Below are positions 26,301 through 36,903 of a stretch of 64,000 nt of DNA, piece by piece. Under the pieces are notes generated by a model that was given only the letters and a program-made list of their open reading frames with translations, did not search any database and was not told where the DNA came from. Position 1 is the first letter of the stretch; every line of letters starts with the position of its first letter. The stretch spans positions 1,612,001 to 1,676,000 of the forward strand of contig CATNEN010000032.1 in NCBI GenBank assembly GCA_950097015.1, written 5' to 3'. A program made the translations under genes and the position numbers. This DNA comes from Macrostomum hystrix. Lineage: Eukaryota > Animalia > Platyhelminthes.

Positions 26301-29300
26301 GTCACGATTGAGTTCATGAGTGAGGTCACGATTGAGTTCATGAGTGAGATCACGATTGAGTTCATGAGTGAGGTCACGATTGAGTTCATGAGTGAGATCA
26401 CGATTGAGTTCATGGGTGAGATTAGCAGTGAAATACCTGCTTAGCAGCATCTTCCTTAGCTTGCTTCGGTGGCAACGATTGAGTTCATGAGTGAGATCAC
26501 GATTGAGTTCATGAGTGAGATCACGATTGAGTTCATGGGTGAGATTAGCAGTGAAATACCTGCTTAGCAGCATCTTCCTTAGCTTGCTTCGGTGGCAGTT
26601 TCTGCGGCAGGCCGTCACGATCCTCAGCTTTTTTGAGTCTCGGGTTCGATGCCAGAACCGTCATCCGCTGCTTCAAGCCCTCCTTCTGCGCGGCGCTGGC
26701 CGCTTCGCCGCCGAGTTGGCGCCGTAGAAAGCCGAGCTGGCGAGACAGGCGCCAGATGGGAACGACCGACACGTGGTGCAGCTGCTGCTCCATCTCAGCC
26801 GAGAGATGCGCGTGCTCAAGCTGGAAAATTTCGTCACCAGCGCAGCCGAGTAAATCATCGAACCCTTCCTGTAAGCAGTCCCAATCCCTGCTCATCCTAC
26901 AGTGAGCAGTCCCCAATCCCTGCTCATCCTACAGTGAGCTATCCTTAATCCCTGCTCATCCTACAGTGAGCTATCCCCAATCCCTGCTCATCCTACAGTA
27001 AGCTATCCCCAATCCCTGCTCATCCTACAGTGAGCAGTCCCAATCCCTGCTCATCCTACAGTGAGCTATCCCCAATCCCTGCTCATCCTACAGTGAGCTA
27101 TCCCCAATCCCTGCTCATCCTACAGTGAGCTATCCCCAATCCCTGCTCATCCTACAGTGAGCAGACCCAATCCCTGCTCATCCTACAGTGAGCTATCCCC
27201 AATCCCTGCTCATCCTACAGTGAGCTATCCCCAATCCCTGCTCATCCTACAGCGAGCAGTCCCAATCCCTGCTCATCCTACAGTGAGCTATCCCCAATCC
27301 CTGCTCATCCTACAGTGAGCTATCCCCAATCCCTGCTCATCCTACAGTGAGCTATCCCCAATCCCTGCTCATTCTACAGTGAGCTATCCCCAATCCCTGC
27401 TCATCCTACAGCGAGCAGTCCCAATCCCTGCTCATCCTACAGTGAGCTATCCCCAATCCCTGCTCATCCTACAGTGAGCTATCCCCAATCCCTGCTCATC
27501 CTACAGTGAGCAGACCCAATCCCTGCTCATCCTACAGTGAGCTATCCCCAATCCCTGCTCATCCTACAGTGAGCAGACCCAATCCCTGCTCATCCTACAG
27601 TGAGCTATCCCCAATCCCTGCTCATCCTACAGTGAGCTATCCCCAATCCCTGCTCATCCTACAGTGAGCTATCCCCAATCCCTGCTCATCCTACAGTGAG
27701 CTATCCCCAATCCCTGCTCATCCTACAGCGAGCAGTCCCAATCCCTGCTCATCCTACAGTGAGCTATCCCCAATCCCTGCTCATCCTACAGTGAGCAGAC
27801 CCAATCCCTGCTCATCCTACAGTGAGCTATCCCCAATCCCTGCTCATCCTACAGTGAGCAGTCCCAATCCCTGCTCATCCTACAGTGAGCAGTCCCAATC
27901 CCTGCTCATCCTACAGTGAGCTATCCCCAATCCCTGCTCATCCTACAGTGAGCAGACCCAATCCCTGCTCATCCTACAGTGAGCTATCCCCAATCCCTGC
28001 TCATCCTACAGTGAGCTATCCCCAATCCCTGCTCATCCTACAGTGAGCTATCCCCAATCCCTGCTCTACCAAATTACTCACAATTTCGTCGTCAGGAAAG
28101 AAGTTAAGCAGGTAGTGCAGCAGGTCAGTTTGAATGTCTGGCGTTCGATAAGGCTGGAGATTTTGTTAAGAAAATATCCTTTGAACCAAGCAAGGAATTG
28201 TTTAATCCGAAATAGCTCAAGTTCATTGTGTCGACGACTTACATCAAAGGAAGGGTTTAGTGTGGGAATATTGCCGTCAAACTCCGTTATGCTGACTCCG
28301 TTGTCCAAAATGCTAAAAAATAGAAAGTAAAACTTGCATTCGCCAAACAACGAAGTATGTACTTCTTAAACAAGTCTATCCCACCCAGTCTATCCCACCC
28401 AGTCTATCCCACCCAGTCTATCCCACCCAGTCTATCCCACCCAGTCTATCCCACCAAGTCTATCCCACTAAGTCTATCCCACCCAGTCTATCCCACCAAG
28501 TCTATCCCACTAAGTCTATCCCACCCACCTATCCCACCCAGTCTATCCCACCCAGTCTATCCCACCAAGTCTATCCCACTAAGTCTATCCCACCCAGTCT
28601 ATCCCACCAAGTCTATCCCACCAAGTCTATCCCACCCAGTCTATCCCACCCAGTCTATCCCACCCAGTCTATCCCACCAAGTCTATCCCACCCAGTCTAA
28701 CCCACCTATCCCACCCAGTCTATCCCACTAAGTCTATCCCACCAAGTCTATCCCACCCAGTCTATCCCACCAAGTCTATCCCACCCAGTCTATCCCACCC
28801 ACCTATCCCACCCAGTCTATCCCACCAAGTCTATCCCACCCAGTCTATCCCACCCACCTATCCCACCCAGTCTATCCCACCCAGTCTATCCCACCAAGTC
28901 TATCCCACCAAGTCTATCCCACCAAGTCTATCCCACCCAGTCTATCCCACCAAGTCTATCCCATTAAGTCTATCCCACCCAGTCTATCCCACCCAGTCTA
29001 TCCCACCCAGTCTATCCCACCAAGTCTATCCCATTAAGTCTATCCCACCCAGTCTATCCCACCCAGTCTATCCCACCAAGTCTATCCCATTAAGTCTATC
29101 CCACCCAGTCTATCCCACCTAGTCTATCCCACCCAGTCTATCCCACCCAGTCTATCCCACCCAGTCTATCCCACCCAGTCTATTTCCATCTCACGGATGC
29201 TCCGGTAGGTCCCAGCGGCCCCAGCAGAGGTCGATGCCGCCAAAAAAGGCCACCTTCTGGTCAATGACAGCTATCTTCTCGTGATGAGTGAACAGGTATT

Positions 29301-32300
29301 CATCCACGAAGCCCTTCTTGGTGTTAATGGAGCGCCGGGGGTGCAGGATGATGTGAATGTTCTTAGTCTTGCGCAGCTTGTCGTATAGACACTTTTGAGT
29401 GTACTTCGAGTGATTGTTGAGCAAGTTTTTTAACTCGGAGTAGAGCAGGATGAAGATCTGGACATTGTAAGTCTGATGATTCGCAAAGGGAAGCAAAAAT
29501 AGTTAATAAAAAGAAATTACGTTATTAGACCAATTGGACACTCACAGGAATTAAATACCCACCCCAATTATACACCCAATTAAAAACCCAATTAAGAAAC
29601 CCACGCGAATTAGACACCAAGATAAGTCACACCAATTAGACACCCTTCAACGAATTTGACAACCAGAACTAGACACCAACCCCAACAAGAAACATACCCC
29701 AATTAATTAGATATTTACCAATTAGACACCCATCTCAATAAGATACCTGCCCCAATTAGGCACCCATTCCCAGTGCTATTGCCAACAGCCGTCCTGTAGT
29801 TATTATTATTATTATTATTATTTCTTATTGACACCTATTCCAATTAAGACACCCACCCCAATTGGACCCCTAGTGAAAATTCCACCCTGATCAGTACGCT
29901 TATAATTGGTGTCATTTCACTCACGGCCCTGCGGTAAAGAATGTTTATGAGCTCGTGATAGCCGGCGCAAGGTCGCCTCAGCAGCACCTCAGGTGACAGG
30001 AACCAGTCAGCAATGAAAATCTCCTCTTTGGCCTGCTCGAGCGCGTCGGCTAGATCGTAAAAGTAGGCTGCTCCGTCAACAAGCCACTTGCAGGGCGTCG
30101 ACTCCCTCGGCGGGGCAAACGACCTTATTGACTCTATCGAGCTCGCTTTGATGACGGGAGAAGCGGCGGCAGCGGCGGCAGCCTCAAGACCGCCATAGTC
30201 AGCATTCGAAGCTAGAACCTTCAAGCCGCTCTGCATCGGCTCCGACCAAATCCTATTCACAATGACCGTGGCCTCACTGCAGGAGCAGGTAAGGATAACA
30301 ATGTCACTTCCACTGACTGATTCCCAATGTCACTCCACTGACTGATTCCCAATGTCACTCAACTGACTGATTCCCAATGTCACTCAACTGACTGATTCCC
30401 AATGTCACTCCACTGACTGATTCCCAATGTTGCTCAACTGACTGATTCCCAATGTCACTCAACTGACTGATTCCCAATGTCACTCCACTGACTGATTCTC
30501 AATGTTGCTCCAATGACTGACTCTCGATGTCACTCCACTGACTGATTCCCAATGTTGCTCCACTGACTGATTCCCAATGTCACTCCACTGACTGATTCCT
30601 AATGTCACTCCACTGACTGATTCCCAATGTCACTCCACTGACTGATTCCCAATGTCACTCCACTGACTGATTCCCAATGTTCACTCCACTGACTGACTCT
30701 CCAATGTCACTCCATTGACTGATTCCCAATGTCACTCCACTGACTGATTCCCAATGTCACTCCACTGACTGATTCCCAATGTCACTTCACTGACTGATTC
30801 CCAACTCTGCATCGGCTCCGACCAAATCCTATTCACAATGACCGTGGCCTCACTGCAGGAGCAGGTAAGGATAACAATGTCACTCCACTGACTGATTCCC
30901 AATGTCACTCCACTGACTGATTCGCAATGTCACTCCACTGACTGATTCCCAATGTCACTCCACTGACTGATTCCCAATGTCACTCCACTGACTGATTCCC
31001 AATGTCACTCCACTGACTGATTCCCAATGTCACTCCACTGACTGATTCCCAATGTCACTCCACTGACTGATTCCCAATGTCACTGCTCTGACTGTCAGTA
31101 TAAGACGGAGTGCCAGCTCACAGTTCGTTGTTGAACAGCTTCAGCTCAACCCGCGGCCTCAAATCCCCGCAGAAGGCGGAGCAGCTGGCTGCCGGGCATT
31201 CGTTATTTAAGTGATACTTGAATTCGCGATCCACAAGCACGAGGTCCAGCACCCTGACCGACAACACTCTCCAAGAAGACGATGTGACTGTCCTTGATTA
31301 CCATCCAGCTGTTTAAGGTTGGAAGTAAAAAAGTTCTAAATTTTAAATCGGAAGCTTCAACAGTAGCCAACTATTGGATTTTACTGTACAATATTTTCGT
31401 ATCACGTTACGCATCTACTTAGACTCTAAATTAACAAGCTAAACACCTTCCCAAATTATACAACCACCACAATTAGTTACCCACAAGTTACCCCACTTAA
31501 ACACCCACGCCAATTAAACACCTATCCAAATTAGAGACCCACCACAATTATACACCCACTCAATCAGACACCCACCACAATTAGACACCCACTCAATCAG
31601 ACACCCACCACAATTAGACACCCACCAAATTAGACACCCCGACAATTAGACACCCACCCAACTAGACACCCCGACAATTAGACACCCACCCAATTAGACA
31701 CCCCGAAAATTAGACACCCACCTTTGACTTACTTGACTTATCTGCAGAGGGTCCGATGGACACAGCGGGGAGGCGGGTAGACACCCACAACAATTAGACA
31801 CCCACCCAATTAATCACCCATCTAATTAGACACCCCGAAAATTAGACACCCACCAAATTAGACACCCACCACAATTAGACACCCACCCAACTAGACACCC
31901 CGACAATTAGACACCCACCTAATTAGACACCCACCACAATTAGACACCCACCACAATTAGACACCCACCACAATTAGACACCTACCTAAATTAGACACTT
32001 ACCACAATTAGACACCCACCCAATTAGACACCCACCCAATTAGACACCCACCCAATTAGACACCCACTCCAATTAGACACCCACCACAATTAGACACCCG
32101 CCACAATTAGACACCCACCACAATTAGACACCCACCACAATTAGACACCCACCAAAATTAGACACCCACCACAATTAGACACCCACCACAGTTAGACACC
32201 CACCACAATTAGACACCCACCACAATTAGTCACCCACCACAATTAGACACCCACCAAAATTAGACACCCACCACAATTAGACACCCACCACAATTAGACA

Positions 32301-35300
32301 CCCACCACAATTAGACACCCACCACAATTAGACACCCACCACAATTAGACACCCACCACAATTAGACACCCACCCCACCTAGACAGCACATGGATTTTGT
32401 GTAAACTAAACAAAACATCAAACTGTGTAAAGACGTACATTGAATTGCGTTTCTCTAGCCGGCAAGGCCAAAAGGGAAAGAATGACTTCGAGAAAGACTC
32501 ACGCTTTGCTTGCGCTTCTGACGAAATGTCGCCGCGGACAATTGTTGCGCACGATCTGCGCAACGACCTCGCCCTCCCACAGGCTGGGCCCCGTCTCATT
32601 AACGAATGTCAGTCGCGAGACACCGAGAAATTTTAGCTAGGAAAATATGACCGAATGTCAGTAATTTCTGTTAGATGCGTATTTCCTTTGCATATAAACT
32701 ACTTAGCGGTACTTGTGGGGAAAGAACACAGGGGGACTGCCTATGTCACACCCAACCCGAATTTTCGTGAAAGTCCACCAGTGGATGAACATTTCGACGA
32801 TGCCGATGTTCTGTGATTCTGGAAGTTATTTCATCGGGTAGAGCGGAAAATTTTCGCCCGTGTTCTGGATTTTCATGGCGATAGGTTGAATTATTTGGTA
32901 GATACAGAAAAATGACCCCGTTGTATTCCGCTGTTAAGTAGTTTTTTTCGATGCCTCTGTTGCTGTGAGTGTTATTTGACAAGCAGCTGAAAGCCCATCT
33001 CACAATAGCCGAGTTCAAGATGGAATCTCCGTGATTCGCCTCGTAGGTCTCTAGGCGATGCATCATTGCGTTAATATCCTCCAGCGCTGCCTCGTCCTGA
33101 TTGGTTGTAGCGGTTATACAGAGAGCTATATTCTCCTGATTGGCTGTAGCGGTTATACAGAGACCTATATTCTCCTGATTGGCTGTAGCGGTTATAGAGA
33201 GAACTATATTCTCCTGATTGGCTGTAGCGGTTATACAGAGAGCTATATTCTCCTGATTGGTTGTAGCGGTTATACAGAGAGCTATATTCTCCTGATTGGC
33301 TGTAGCGGTTATACAGAGAACTATATTCTCCTGATTGGCTGTAGCGGTTATACAGAGATCTATATTCTCCTGGTTGGTTGTAGCGGTTATACAAAGAGCT
33401 ATATTCTCCTGGTTAGTTGTAGCGGTTATACAGAGAGCTATATTCTCCTGATTGGCTGTAGCGGTTATACAGAGAACTATATTCTCCTGATTGGTTGTAG
33501 CGGTTATGCAGAGAGCTATATTCTCCTGATTGGCTGTAGCGGTTATACAGAGAGCTATATTCTCCTGATTGGCTGTAGCGGTTACTCAGAGAGCTATATT
33601 CTCCTGATTGGCTGTAGCGGTTATACAGAGAGCTATATTCTCCTGATTGGCTGTAGCGGTTATACAGAGAGCTATATTCTCCTGGTTGGTTGTAGCGGTT
33701 ATACAAAGAGCTATATTCTCCTGGTTGGTTGTAGCGGTTATACATAGAGCTATATTCTCCTGGTTGGTTGTAGCGGTTATACAAAGAGCTATATTCTCCT
33801 GGTTAGTTGTAGCGGTTATACAGATAGCTATATTCTCCTGATTGGTTGTAGCGGTTATACAGAGAACTATATTCTCCTGGTTGGTTGTAGCGGTTATATA
33901 GAGAAGTATAGCAAAATCAAGTAGCTACGAGTATATTACTCCCACTGCACATATCATACCGAAGTTTCGCATCCGTTGTCCTCGGAGCTGATGAAAGAGC
34001 TCCTAGCTGAGTTCACTAGTCCACTTTCAGTTAGCTGATGCTCGACGTAAAAGTTCTGCTCCTGAAAATTATTTTTGCTTTGCTGTATGTTCATTTTCTG
34101 CTCAATTTGAAACTGCTGATACTGCTGACAGAGCAAATTCTGCCTGTACTCGCGATGCTGATGCTGCTCTTGCTGCTGCTTCGGTTGCAGATGCTGCTTC
34201 TGCTGTTGGTGCTGCATGAGCGATGTGTGATGTAGTAACTGATTCTGCTGCTGCTGCTGCTGATTGCGGCGGGACCGCTGTTTGAGTCTGTACAACAAAG
34301 GAATTCCAACCATTCCTAGTAGATTGACCACATCTTTGCGTTTCCAGGTGCGAACAACGCGCCACTCGAATGCTCCGTGTCGAAATGTTATGCGATAGCT
34401 GGCGGAGGGTGTACAAACACATCGACTTCAGCGATTCTATTAAAGGACTTCCTGAGCTCAATGACACTGAGGAAATGGCAGTGAGGACATCAGATGTCTA
34501 TTGAGGAACTGGCAGTGAGGACATCAGATGTCTATTGAGGAACTGGCAGTGAGGACATCAGATGTCCAATGAGGAACTGGCAGTGAGGACATCAGATGCC
34601 CAATGAGGAACTGGCAGTGAGGACATCAGATGTCCAATGAGGAACTGGCTGAGAGGACATCAGATGTCCAATGAGGAACTGACAGTGAGGACATCAGATG
34701 TCCAATGAGGAACTGGCAGTGAGGACATCAGATGTCCAATGAGGAACTGGCAGTGAGGACATCAGATGTCCAATCAGGAACTGGCTGAGAGGACATCAGA
34801 TGTCCAATGAGGAACTGACAGTGAGGACATCAGATGTCCAATGATCGAGGAACTGGCAGTGAGGACATCAGATGTCCAATGAGGAACTGGCAGTGAGGAC
34901 ATCAGATGTCCAATGAGGAACTGGCAGTGAGGACATCAGATGTCCAATCAGGAACTGGCTGAGAGGACATCAGAGACCAGCTCACAAGACTCACAGGTTC
35001 TTTATTGAGGCCAGCTTGGGCGACAGTGTCTCCGGGTCTATGGCCTCAACTCGCACAGCTTGAGTTCGTTCATTCAGCAAGCAAGCCTCAGGGTGGCCCT
35101 TGTACTCCGCGTAGCAGTGAATGATGCGGAAAGGCAGGCCACGGTAGGGACTGGCCATGTCCCTGAGCTGCAGGATGAGGCACTTTGTGGAACCAAATTT
35201 CGGAGCAGTCCCGGTGAAATAGGTGTGGTTGAGTGGATCCTCTTCAACTGGCAATGGGGCAGTGCTCATGTCCATCTGGACGGCTAGGCTGCCGGAGGGT

Positions 35301-35389
35301 AACGCATCGTCTGACCCTTCGGCTTCGGAATCTGCAGTTCCACTATCGCTGGCGCTGACCCTGCCACTAATAGTTCGTTCTGGCTTCAT
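11383..35389 (-). CDS. PLD1: Phospholipase D, PLD1/PLD2 family (PX-PH-HKD1-loop-HKD2), multi-exon, about 1530 aa after correcting one frameshift
   Basis: Hand-built exons (minus): 34995-35389, 33960-34398, 33004-33096, 32503-32636, 31122-31308, 29925-30276, 29195-29472, 28243-28312, 26560-26868, 25897-25975, 25663-25806, 22265-22478, 17704-17909, 16004-16943, 15207-15702, 11383-11631. All are GT-AG with consistent phases except one extra base in 31122-31308. Motifs: NLYRITFRHGAFEW (PX), WMVIKDS/VLVDREF (PH), SFAPPR, WLVDGAAYF..IFIADWFLSPE, HHEKIAVIDQ..GGIDLCWGRWD (HKD1), GMDYVNW, PRTGWHD..ARDVARHFIDRWN, YIENQFFIS, YVHSKLIIADD..GSANINDRS (HKD2), C-terminal IWM*. Loop exons (22.2-28.3 kb) rest on splice signals and phase only. 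PLD1 vs PLD2 orthology is not resolved. Confidence 0.93.
13380..15110. repeat. 14-bp G/T-rich satellite, homogeneous, about 1.7 kb
   Basis: Same unit as 3557-7030. Confidence 0.95.
17064..17180 (+). mobile_element. Dispersed intronic repeat family, copy B
   Basis: The 5' part matches 2806-2845. The 3' part (CGCCATGAAAAT..AACTTCCAGAATCACA.A.CATCGGCATCGTCGA) matches the reverse complement of 32792-32882. Confidence 0.55.
17920..18140. repeat. 21-bp minisatellite GCAGTTTTGAGTGATCTTTGT
   Basis: About 10 copies ending 10 nt from a PLD acceptor. Confidence 0.95.
18500..22208. repeat. 16-bp satellite ATTCCATCCCATCCTC, about 3.7 kb
   Basis: Direct tandem units, almost G-free on the plus strand. 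Confidence 0.97.
22516..22632. repeat. 22-bp minisatellite CACCGGTGAGATGATTGTGAGA
   Basis: About 5 copies. Confidence 0.85.
22735..23367. repeat. 22-bp minisatellite GTCATAGTGAGACACTAGAGAG
   Basis: About 28 copies. Confidence 0.95.
24335..25645. repeat. 17/21-bp AC-rich minisatellite (CCAGTACAGACAG[A/G]CAA / CAGTACAGACTGACAGACACC)
   Basis: Direct tandem units. Confidence 0.93.
25983..26545. repeat. 24-bp minisatellite CACGATTGAGTTCATGAGTGAG[A/G]T
   Basis: Direct tandem units, interrupted by a duplicated exon end at 26418-26474. Confidence 0.95.
26875..28064. repeat. 31-32-bp minisatellite GAGCTATCCCCAATCCCTGCTCATCCTACAGT
   Basis: About 37 copies. Confidence 0.95.
28373..29184. repeat. 14-bp minisatellite GTCTATCCCACC[C/A]A
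   Basis: Direct tandem units. Confidence 0.95.
30297..31083. repeat. 25-bp minisatellite TGTCACTCCACTGACTGATTCCCAA, split by a duplicated exon start at 30805-30876
   Basis: Direct tandem units. Confidence 0.95.
31490..32380. repeat. About 18-bp minisatellite CAATTAGACACCCACCAC (degenerate relative at about 29525-29870)
   Basis: Direct tandem units, with a non-repeat island at 31722-31778. Confidence 0.92.
32790..32885 (-). mobile_element. Dispersed intronic repeat, related to copy B
   Basis: The reverse complement AATAACTTCCAGAATCACAGAACATCGGCATCGTCGAA is nearly identical to 17131-17168, with an extra internal segment. Confidence 0.5.
33095..33905. repeat. 39-bp minisatellite AGCTATATTCTCCTGATTGGCTGTAGCGGTTATACAGAG
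   Basis: About 21 copies; the terminal unit overlaps a PLD acceptor. Confidence 0.95.
34468..34972. repeat. 34-bp minisatellite GAGGAACTGGCAGTGAGGACATCAGATGTCCAAT
   Basis: About 15 copies in PLD intron 1. Confidence 0.95.
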
Positions 35390-36259
35390 TCGGCTGTTAG
35401 AAGCGAAAATATTGCAATCGTAACTGCTGCGTAGACTGCTTTTTAATTTCCCGCAGATATAAAGAAATTCTTGGAATATAAGAAGTTAGCAAATTCAACA
35501 AAACTTCGCGCGTCTTTACAGCTAGTCTATGGTTCAGGGTCAATTATTCCAAAAGTACGAGTATGTTCCAAAAATAGACTTGGGATAAACTAGTCTACTG
35601 AGAACTTGTCTACTCATTAATAGTAGTATGAATTAAGGCTTTTAACTAGTAATTTTTATCTTACACAACAAATTACAATTTAGTATCATTACTTTCTTGT
35701 GTGAAGGACTTTTCGTAATTTTATCATTTTTATTTGAAGCTATTTAAGATACTAAACATCTGTTGTAACAAGATGAGTAAGATTTTAGAACATCATTTTA
35801 AGCAAAGATGATAAACCACACATTATAATGGGCTCATCAAGCTTATATAAGTAAAATAAATAAAGGCAAGCAAGTCAAAACATGAGCAAGCTGAAATTTA
35901 TTTTGTTGAAGCAAGCAATTTGTTCCATGGGCTCATCAGCAAGGGTGATTTTATTTCTGGCCAGTTCCTATATTTAATTTGTATATTAAAACTGCATTTA
36001 ATTATGAAAACACATTTTTATCATGCGAAAAAAAGTTGTTGCCTGAACAAAGGCGTTTACCATTTTTAAATCCATTGTTCCTTGACATTGCAATATTGAC
36101 GATAATACAAAACACACAATACACAACAATGCACAGGGGACTACATACATATAAAATGTCTTATCAGGCCTGAAATCAATCCACAATAAAGACGAGTCTT
36201 AAATGGTTTTTAAAATAAGTTTTAACTTTTGAAGCATATTAGCACTCAAACAAACAGGC

Positions 36260-36832
36260 CTAACGACCAAGAATGTTCAGTTCATCCTGCTCCGAGTTTT
36301 CATTCATGCTCTGGTACGCATGAAGTAAAAAGTTGTTGAAGTCGTCTCGCAGTTGGTCTCCGGAGCTTGGAATGTCCGAAGTCACAGAACGCACGTTTTC
36401 AAACTTTTCAGAAAGCTGCAGACTGTCCATGTCCGCTGTGTTAGGCTTTTTGTGGGATATAACGCAGCACTGAGAGTCCTTAATTCCGTGATTTTGAACA
36501 AAGAACTGATACAGTTGGTCCAGCTCTTCAGACTGCTGCGGCTGGTCCTGATTATAAACAAAGATGACACCGTTTACACTAGAGACTAGTGCAGGCCAGC
36601 AGGAAGCAAACTTCTTGTCACCACTTATGTCCCACAGTTGTACTTCAATATTGGTAGATTTTCCTTTGGCTTTCACTTCAGTCTCGTACTCGACGATGCG
36701 ACATGCTTGCGTTGGACGATACTCTCCACTGCTCTGTTCAATAGCTTCAGAAAGAAAATTAGTAAGGTATGTTTTCCCACAGGCCACAGGTCCAACAACA
36801 AGCAGCTTAAGCCGATTCATGCTGCTTTGCAT
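36260..36832 (-). CDS. IFT22: Intraflagellar transport protein 22 (RABL5), intronless; start at 36832 or 36820
   Basis: KLLVVGPVACGKT P-loop, YRPTQACRIVEYE, VQLWDISGDKKFASCWPAL, GVIFVYN, C-terminal EQDELNIL. These match the IFT22 pattern over the full length. Confidence 0.93.
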   Translation of the reverse strand: MQSSMNRLKLLVVGPVACGKTYLTNFLSEAIEQSSGEYRPTQACRIVEYETEVKAKGKSTNIEVQLWDISGDKKFASCWPALVSSVNGVIFVYNQDQPQQSEELDQLYQFFVQNHGIKDSQCCVISHKKPNTADMDSLQLSEKFENVRSVTSDIPSSGDQLRDDFNNFLLHAYQSMNENSEQDELNILGR

Positions 36833-36889
36833 TGAAATTGGTTTCTTGTAAATTCCTTTGGAATTTGACTTTGAATTTTTTACCGTGTC

Positions 36890-36903
36890 GTTGCTACGGT
36901 AAC
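36890..36903. promoter_or_regulatory. RFX X-box-like element GTTGCTACGGTAAC
   Basis: 14-bp imperfect palindrome fitting GTNRCY-N2-RGYAAC, 58 bp upstream of the IFT22 ATG, between two divergent cilia-associated genes. Confidence 0.7.

Noticed and set aside
31722-31778. Unique island in the 18-bp array with a perfect GTAAGT donor at 31732 (possible PLD micro-exon)
   Set aside because: The only nearby acceptor gives a 9-nt exon with an in-frame TAA in the required phase, and the model joins in phase without it.
33004-33050. Alternative frame RRITEIP resembling the PX helix after LETY, suggesting hidden indels
   Set aside because: That frame stops immediately and the annotated frame splices in phase; it cannot be judged without reads.
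1845-34972. Regular 25-65-bp repeats as possible CRISPR arrays
   Set aside because: Units are contiguous with no unique spacers, there are no cas genes, and the context is eukaryotic introns.
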